Source of the DNA: Rebecca billardiae RCC1528
Taxonomy: Eukaryota; Protista; Haptophyta
DNA: 64,000 nucleotides
NCBI GenBank assembly: GCA_965240325.2
Contig: OZ251237.1
Span: 1 to 64,000, forward strand
Reading direction: 5' to 3'
This document shows, piece by piece, positions 56,811 to 64,000 of the stretch. A program made the translations under genes and the position numbers. Numbering within the stretch: position 1 is the first letter of the stretch; the number at the start of each line of letters is the position of its first letter. Below the pieces are notes generated by a model that saw nothing but the letters and a program-made list of their open reading frames with translations, was not told where the DNA came from and did not search any database.

Positions 56811-58736
56811 CACAGTGAACAAAAACGGGATTATCGTTACCGTAACCCGTCCGACACGAGCCGATTTTCGGGGAAATTCTCGCGCGGGTCGCACGAGCGC
56901 ACAGAAGACGCTACGGTGGCCGCGCAGGCGCCTGACGAGTGCCCCGGGCATGGGACTGCAACATCCCACCCAGCCTCCCCATCCCTCCGCCCCTCTCTGC
57001 CTCGCCGGGTTGCACGCGGCTGGCCGGTCACGTAGCTCGTGGTGAGCCATTCGTGAGCGTGGAGCCCTGCTGCTCAGTGCGGCGATGCAGCGAGGCGAAG
57101 CGGCGCGTAAGATGGCGCATCTTACTCCGAATGCAGTCTGCTGCCAGCACAGCCGCCCTCGCCGGAGTGCCTGGTCGTCACCTTCGTTGTGTGCACCTGT
57201 CGCGCGCTGCTGTGAACAAGCGAAGTCTCAGGCCTCCCCGGAGCCATTCAAACACGCTCGTCCTCGACGAGGCGTGCGCGAGGCACCGCGCGAGCGCGGG
57301 AGCGGCCCTTCCTAGCATACTCCTGCACGGCCATCCACCTCGCCACAGCCTGCCATGTCACACTCCTCCCCGCACGCAGTGCTCGCATGCCGCGTGCAAG
57401 TCGGTCGACTGACCTGGTAGGAGGGTGCACAGAAATATTCGACTGCGAGGAGACGGCAGCGAGCCCACGCGCGCGGCGCCGTCCCGCGCTTCATTGTGCT
57501 GTTCTAGACCAGTCGCGCGCCCGCGGCACCGCGCCCGCCATCTCCGCGTCGCGTGCCAGTCCACGCCGCGCGCGTGGCTCTCGACGTGTGCGTCGAGGGC
57601 GTCGTGCGTCCGATTCGTACCCGCATGTATTCAACAAATACGACAAATCGCCGCGCTGGACGGCACTTGGTCGCGCGATGGCATGGTCGCGCTGTGTGAC
57701 GTCGCTCGCCGCAGGAAATTCGGTACGCGACGAGAGCACGGCGCACGCGCACGGCGCGGCGTGGGAGGCGGGGCGGTGGTGTCCTCGAGCCATCCCGCCC
57801 GCGCCGCGGTGCGCCAGCCGCCACCTCGCCGCGCCGTGGCCCATGCCGCGCGGCAGGTGTCGACCAGATCGACCTTGCCGCCCAACAGATTGCCGCACCG
57901 GAAATTCTGTATTTGTTGAATACAGACTTACCCACGTGCCCGCGATGCGGCGGCGCCCGTGGCGGCGGCGAGGCGCGGCGGCGGCGGCGCGGGCAGCCTG
58001 ACGGGCCAGATAGGGCGCGCCAGGTCGGGGCGATCGTGATGGGATGGTTCCATACGCATCAGTGCGTACTCCTGTGCATCTCAAGAGCGCGCTGGGCGCC
58101 CTCTCTCGCGCCTATGCCCATCCCACGCGGTCTGAGAAGCCTCCCGGTTTGGCCATTGTCGTGCCGTGCTCGGTCGTGGCTGCCCGGCGGGTCGGAGAGG
58201 TCGAGGCGAGCCGGGTCGTTCGCGACGGACGATGCCTATTGGTCATGGCGAGTGCCAGCACGCAGCTCGGGCGCGCGCCCGGCGCCTCCTCGCCGCGCTA
58301 CATCCACACCAAGATCTGGCCCAAAAACAGGCTTCAAGAGCGAAACTCAGTCTGGGAGCTGCTCAGGCCGCTGTGTGCGGTTTGGCGGCGTACAAACTTG
58401 TGGAGCGGGTGCCCACATGGGTTGGGCACAATGCTATAGAACGTTTTTCCGCGAAACACCACTTCCTTGCCTCTCCGCGCGCGTGCCGCGCGGCCCCCGT
58501 GAAGTCATCTTAACAGCTCACGTGTGGCCGCCCGTGGGGCGAGGGTGGGCGAGGAGGGGCGGGCGAGGGTGACGCCGCCCCGGGGAACCGCCTTGGCAAG
58601 CCGGCCGACGCCTCGCAGCCCCCCTCGCGGCACACATGCGCGCATGCCCGCCGCTCGGAGCGCGCCATCGATTCGAATGGGCGTGCTCACAACCGACCAT
58701 GCTCAAACGGCTTCGGCCCGATCTTTCTCCACTGTG
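56811..58736. mobile_element. Non-autonomous element with CACAGTG termini, relative of the 7376-13224 transposon
   Basis: Left end CACAGTGAACAAAAA (56811). Right end TCTTTCTCCACTGTG (ends 58736). AT directly outside both ends. No credible ORF inside. TACCGTAA at positions 28-35, as in the autonomous element. Confidence 0.75.
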
Positions 58737-58783
58737 ATTATATTACTCACGACTGCTATAGCGCAGCGGCGGACGAAGTCTAG

Positions 58784-60181
58784 CTAGTAGCTAGACTGCC
58801 TGCTCGGATGAGCTTCGTCGCCGTACAGCGCGCTCAGGCAGAGCAGGATGACAGAGATCCACAGCACGAGCGCGGGCAGCGCGAGCACGTTCATCACGAG
58901 CAGCATCTTGCCCGTCAGCCGCTCCGCGGGCTGCGCATACATGATGACGATGAGCGAGAGCTGCGCCGCCGCCGGCGGCGCTGCCTCGAGCATGAGCACC
59001 GCGGTGACGCGCGGCAGCCTCGGCAGCACGCCCACGCTCGTGAGCCAGAAGATCACGGGGATGGAGGCGAGCGGCACAACCAGCAGCCGCAGCACGGCGG
59101 CTGTTGCGACCAGCCGGGTGTGCGAGGCCTCGGAGGGGCCTGGGTCGGCAGGCGCGGCGGCGGGTGGCCCCACGTCGAGCCTGGGGACGACGCCCGTGAG
59201 CTCACCCGCCGCCGGCGCGCCCGCTGCCGGCGCGTCCGCCGCCGGCGCGGAGGCCGGCGCGCGCTTCCTGTCGCCGAGCGAGGCGCCGAGCGAGACGAGC
59301 AACAACGGAATCATTCCGCCAGCAAGCTGCTGCAGCGCGGACCACACAGTCGCGCCGAAAGGCGACGAGGGCTCGAGCGCCTCGGGGGGCACGGTCATCG
59401 CCAGAAGCACGCCCACGGCCGACGCCCACAGCGTTGGCGGGGTATACCGCACCAGCTGCAGCGCTCGAGCCGCGGCTGCAGACAGGCGTGCGCGCGCGGA
59501 CGAGCTCGAGACGGGCGGTGCGCGCGCGGACGAGCTCGAGACGCGCGTCTCCGTGCCAGCGCGCGCCGCGCGGCTGAACATGATCGGCGCGAGGCCCCAC
59601 TGCATCGGGTTGAAGAGGATCACGTATATGGCCACAAAACCGCTCACGTCCGCCACGCACTGGCGCCGCGCCGCCTCGTCCGGCGCGCCGAGCAGGCGCG
59701 CCGACGAGTCAATCGTGCACAGCGATTCGAGCAGCGGGATCGGCAGCGCGGCTGAGTTCGGGAATGCGACCGCGAGGAGCAGCACGGCCTCCTCGAAGCG
59801 CGACTCTGTGACGCGTGCCTGCTCGTCGGCGCCTGCTAGTCGGCCGTGCGCCCTCCGCACGGCCCGCAGCACCCCGATCACGCCCGCCGAGCACAGCGCG
59901 CCGAGGCCGATGTGCCAGAACGCGCCGAGCGGGAAGATGCCGAGCGCAACCAGCTCCGCGCTCGACTTGCCGATGATGGCGTACGTCACGCCGACGCAGA
60001 AGAAGGCAGGTTGCAGGGCGTAGGCCGTCAAGAGCGCGAACGCGCTGCGCTGTGCCCGGCCGACCCACCCCAACCACCCGAAGAAGATGCCGACCCCGAT
60101 CAGCAGGAGCGCCTTGCTCACGCTCGCACCTGCCGCGTACGCGACGGCGGCGAGGTCCTCGGCCGAGAAAGCGGCGGACAT
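58784..60181 (-). CDS. Auxin efflux carrier / PILS-like membrane transport protein
   Basis: Two multi-TM halves. AVAFPNSAALPIPLL, IPLLLVSLGASL, LRLLVVP and LMLEAAPPAA motifs. Confidence 0.8.
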   Translation of the reverse strand: MSAAFSAEDLAAVAYAAGASVSKALLLIGVGIFFGWLGWVGRAQRSAFALLTAYALQPAFFCVGVTYAIIGKSSAELVALGIFPLGAFWHIGLGALCSAGVIGVLRAVRRAHGRLAGADEQARVTESRFEEAVLLLAVAFPNSAALPIPLLESLCTIDSSARLLGAPDEAARRQCVADVSGFVAIYVILFNPMQWGLAPIMFSRAARAGTETRVSSSSARAPPVSSSSARARLSAAAARALQLVRYTPPTLWASAVGVLLAMTVPPEALEPSSPFGATVWSALQQLAGGMIPLLLVSLGASLGDRKRAPASAPAADAPAAGAPAAGELTGVVPRLDVGPPAAAPADPGPSEASHTRLVATAAVLRLLVVPLASIPVIFWLTSVGVLPRLPRVTAVLMLEAAPPAAAQLSLIVIMYAQPAERLTGKMLLVMNVLALPALVLWISVILLCLSALYGDEAHPSRQSSY

Positions 60182-61027
60182 GTGCAGAGCGGCGTACAAT
60201 GTAGAGCCAGCGGCGAGGCAGCTCAGCGCGCGTGATGCGTGCAGCTGCACGTTCGCGGTGGCGGTGCCCCCTTATCGATCAACAATGGCGGCGGCCGGAG
60301 GAATCCTGGAATCTTTCGGCGAGCTTCGTCGCCCTTCTCGGAGTCGTCCGAGTGCCCGCACGGGCAAGTCTAGGCTCTAGCACACGATGGCGCTCCGATA
60401 GTGTCTGTGATGATTGCCGCTGCGGGCTGCGCGCTGCCGCACCTGCCCGCGCACCTCAGACGTCCCGCGCGCTTGACGACAGCGAGCTGGAATGCATTCC
60501 GCGATGCTCGCGCAACCGTCAAGGCGTCGCCGTCGCAGCCTCAGGGCCACGCGCCGGCGCCGCGGTCGCGCGAGGACGTGGACGTGGACGTGAGAGTGGT
60601 CGAAAAGTCGGAAAGGAAGCTGTCACTCATGCCCACGCGCTCGTACGGCGACGGCGACCGGTGTGTGGCACGCCCCCCGGTCCCGGACGTGCCACACGCG
60701 CCTTGGATCGCGGTAGGACGGGCATTCGCGCCCTCACGGACGGCTGGACCAAGGGAGTGAGGAGTCCGTTGGCAGCTGGACCCCCCTGTAATCCGAAATG
60801 TGAAAGCGTCTCGCAGCCTGAGATTAACTTTCGCGGTTGATGGCTCATCAATCGAAGGCTTCTGAAGGAGGCAGCAATCAATACGGTTCAGACAGATTGT
60901 AGAAGACGTGTAATCTCGACGATCTTCGAGTTTAGGCGATGGCGCGTGCGATGACATGCGATGATCGTTTTCTTACCCAGCAGCGGCTGCTGGAGCGGCT
61001 TACATAGGGTTTTCAGCCACTTTTACT

Positions 61028-61753
61028 ATGGCCAGAATCTTCGACGGCGGCGGGCGGACGACATCGGCCTGGCCGCTGCGAGCAGTCGCGCATCTCGACT
61101 TCTCGCCGAGCGACAGGATGTGCCGGCAGCGCCGTCCGTCCCCCCGCAGCCTGCTGATCGGCGTCGCGCTCCTGTGCGGCTGCGTGCGGCTGGTGCACTC
61201 CATCATTCCTCCTCGCACCGGTCGGGCTCCGCGTGGTCTTATTGACAAGGGTGTGTTCGTGCGCGCAGCAGCGTCGGTTAAGTCAACCTCGCGACTGGAG
61301 CGGCGAGAGCGCGTCCTGACAGCTCTGCGTGCAGTCGATCTGGCAGCCGACGGCAAAATCACGAAGGAGCAGTTTATGGAAGTGGCCGACGATGAGCTCC
61401 TGTCGGCAATCGAGCGCGTCGAGAAGTCGCTGAGTGACCCGCACCATACCGAGCACGCCGAGCACCATGTCGAGCGAACGAGCGCTCGCGACTGGCTGCG
61501 CGCAGTGCCGTTCCTCACAGATCAGGTGGTGACGCGCTACCAGAGGAACGTGGTCCGGGATTCCACCGTCTCCACGCTGCCCACTCCGACCTATTCTGGC
61601 GGCATTCGTCGAACACTGCGCGAGCGGCAATCGCGTTCGAAGGCGCTCCTGAAGGAGAAGTACGCATCCGCCGATGAGAACACTGAGCAGAGCACCGGTG
61701 CTGAGAACGGCACTGAGATGAGAACGGTTTTGAGAACGGTGCTGATGATTTGA
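61028..61753 (+). CDS. Hypothetical protein, possible signal peptide and one EF-hand-like loop
   Basis: 241-aa ORF. Hydrophobic LLIGVALLCGCVRLVHS after the second Met (61118). DLAADGKITKEQF resembles an EF-hand loop. Confidence 0.4.
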   Translation: MARIFDGGGRTTSAWPLRAVAHLDFSPSDRMCRQRRPSPRSLLIGVALLCGCVRLVHSIIPPRTGRAPRGLIDKGVFVRAAASVKSTSRLERRERVLTALRAVDLAADGKITKEQFMEVADDELLSAIERVEKSLSDPHHTEHAEHHVERTSARDWLRAVPFLTDQVVTRYQRNVVRDSTVSTLPTPTYSGGIRRTLRERQSRSKALLKEKYASADENTEQSTGAENGTEMRTVLRTVLMI

Positions 61754-62246
61754 TGAGAACGGTGCCGGTGATCATGTCGAGCAGCACGAACGAGGGCGCC
61801 CCGTACGCGGCGCGTGGCCTAGCCCTAGGCGTCGCTGTCGCAGCCTAGGCGGAGCAGCCACCAGCGCCGACTTCGTGTCGACGATCGGGCACTGCCGCCG
61901 ACGATGATCGAATCAGGAGACCCGCGTCGTCCTACCTGTGTCGTTAAATCATATCATAGTAGAATGAGTATAGAGTCTCCCGGTCCGCAACGCCCGCAAG
62001 CCGGCATTCGCGACGATTCGGCCATTCGGGCTCGGGGCGCTCGGGCCTCGGCGCCCGACTCGGCAAGGCCTTGCTGCTTGCATTGAGTAATGAGTTGCAA
62101 GCGCTGCCCCGGCTCCGACGTGCCAGCCGTCGGCCCGCGCCCTGCGTCAGCGTGCAGGCGTGCAGCCCCGGCCGTGCACCCGGTACTGGCGCACATCCAT
62201 CCGCCCCTTTCATCCCGGCTGACACACGCCAGCCGATGACAGAATA

Positions 62247-64000
62247 CTAGAAGGCCTGCAGGTACACGCTGATGTCGGCGCCTACATCGTCCGGCTTGCG
62301 GTTGCCGTCGACCACGCGCAGGTCGGGGAACGCCTCCTTGAGCGCCTTCACGTTCTCGTGGTACGTGGCGATCCGCTTGGTGAACGCCTCCTCCGTGTCG
62401 TCGTCGCGCTGCGTGAGCCGGGCCTCGATCGCCTCCTTGTCCTCGCCGTCGGGCACTGCAGCCGCGCGCGGCGCGCGGGAGAGGGGGGCGGCGCGCTCAG
62501 GCGCGCCGAGCCGCCTTCGAGCGCCGCGCGCGCAAGAACGCGTGCACGTGGACGGGCGCGGGGCGCGGGCGCACACCGGGGTTCATCTCGAGGTGGTAGA
62601 TCTTGCCCGTCTCCGGGTCCATGCGGCGTCCGACGACGCGCTTGAGCAGCTCGTCGTCGGGCACCTCGAGGAGCACCACCTTGTTGGGCACGATGAACAT
62701 GCGCGCCATCGCCTCCACCTGCCCCGCCGTGCGCGGGAAGCCGTCGAGCATCCAGCCGGCCGCCGCCTCGGGCTTCTCGAGCTCCTGCCTGATGATGTTG
62801 CACATCAGCTCGTCTGGGACGAGCTCGCCCGCCTCCATCTTCTCCTTGGCCTGCTGCCCGAACTCGTTGTCCTCGTCCGCGGCTGCGGGGGCGGGAGGGC
62901 GCGGGCGCGGGGCGCGGAAGCGGGGTGAGCGTCCCCACCGCGCGCACACGCGCCACGCGCGCGCGCGCGCGCGCGCTCGGCGCCGTGCTCGGGCGCGCAC
63001 CGGCCGCGCGCAGCACGTCGCCCGTCGAGATGTGGTAGACACCAAACCGCTCCTTGATCATCTCGCACTGCGTGCCCTTGCCGCCCGCGGGCGGGCCTGC
63101 GAGCACGACGCGCAGCTGCGGCGTGGACTTGGCGTAGGTGGCGAGCATTACCGACTCAGTGCCCGAGCCGCCCGACGTCACGCGCCCGCCCCTCCACGTG
63201 TACTCCAGCTTGGCCTCCTGCGCCGCGGTGCGTGGCCGCGGTGCGCGGTGCGCGGCGCGCGTGCGGTGAGTGGTGCGCGGCGTGGGAGCGCGCGCCCCTC
63301 GTGAGCGCGGGCGCCTGCCTGCGTGCGCGCTCGGCCGGCTGCTGCGGCGATGGTTGCCCGGGCGCGCGCGCACCTCGTCGTCGGGGTCGGCGTCCTCGGG
63401 CATCTTGCCCTCGAAGGTGCCCTCGGCGACCACGCCGTTCGACAGCGCCCACGCGCCCGCGCCGTCCGCCGCGCCCTTCTTGAACGTGCCGTAGTACACG
63501 GAGCCGTCGGCGGTGTGCGCCTTGCCCGCCACCGCCTGGCCGGCGCGGAAGCTCGCCTCGAAGCGCGCGCCGGCGCCGACGGCGCGGTACACGCCCGCGC
63601 CCTCCTTCGCGCCGTTGAAGAAGTGGCCCACGTACATGTCCCCCGACGCGTACGTGAACGTCCCCTTCCCGTGCCGCTTCCCGTTCGCCCACTGCCCCTC
63701 GTAGCTCGAGCCGTCCGCGTACACCATCTTGCCGACGCCGTGCCTGCGCCCGTCGACCCACTCGCCCACAAACGAGCCGCCCTTGGCGTAGAGCATCGCG
63801 CCCTTGCCGTGGCGCTTGTTGGCCTGCCAGTACCCCGCGTACACGTCGCCGCCCGGCGCGAGGTGCACGCCGAACCCCTCGCGCGCCGTCACCATCGAGT
63901 CGAACGGCAGGTCGGCGTCGGCCGGCCTCGGCGCGCGCTCGCCCTCGTAGAGACCAAGCTTGGCGACCTTTGCGACGGTGAACTTGTGCGGCATCACCTC
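62247..64000 (-). CDS. MORN-repeat + adenylate kinase fusion, spliced, 5' end probably outside the window
   Basis: MORN units (YxGxWxxGKRHGKG). P-loop [50 protein letters not shown] and RLTQRDDDT. At least three GC-rich introns. Confidence 0.88.

Noticed and set aside
60300-61000. Several 80-200 aa ORFs
   Set aside because: No recognisable domain, weak codon bias and uncertain starts.

Overview
Very GC-rich eukaryotic nuclear DNA. Genes are compact and introns are short GT-AG types filled with (GC)n runs. A TatA with a signal-plus-transit presequence points to an alga with a complex plastid; a Pavlovales-type haptophyte is my inference. About 20 host genes are recognisable: two F-box/RCC1 paralogues, an F-box/Macro fusion, RPB8, an INPP5E-like 5-phosphatase, a CFAP97-family protein, a GT77 glycosyltransferase, Sel1-MYND, snurportin-1, TatA, a histidine phosphatase, SMC3, Tubby-like, an ARM/SET protein, a SulP transporter, two ARM-BTB paralogues, topoisomerase II, a PILS-like carrier and a MORN-adenylate kinase fusion. 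Most sit in head-to-head pairs. The intergenic space holds at least six DNA transposons whose ends can be read from the sequence. The main finding is a 5.85-kb element (7376-13224) with CACAGCG termini and a 2-bp TSD. It encodes an orphan ORF overlapping (ATGA) an intact 1239-aa RAG1/Transib-like DDE transposase that appears to lack the C2H2 zinc ligands. A 1.9-kb non-autonomous relative (56811-58736) has exact RSS-heptamer CACAGTG ends. Both left ends carry the octamer TACCGTAA exactly 20 bp after the heptamer, an RSS-like bipartite architecture. Also present are a (TA)n-flanked, chromodomain-encoding decayed element (481-3446), a nested pair of long-TIR foldback elements (14616-16792) and a third foldback MITE (26991-27891). 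All family calls come from motif recognition by eye, with no database searches.
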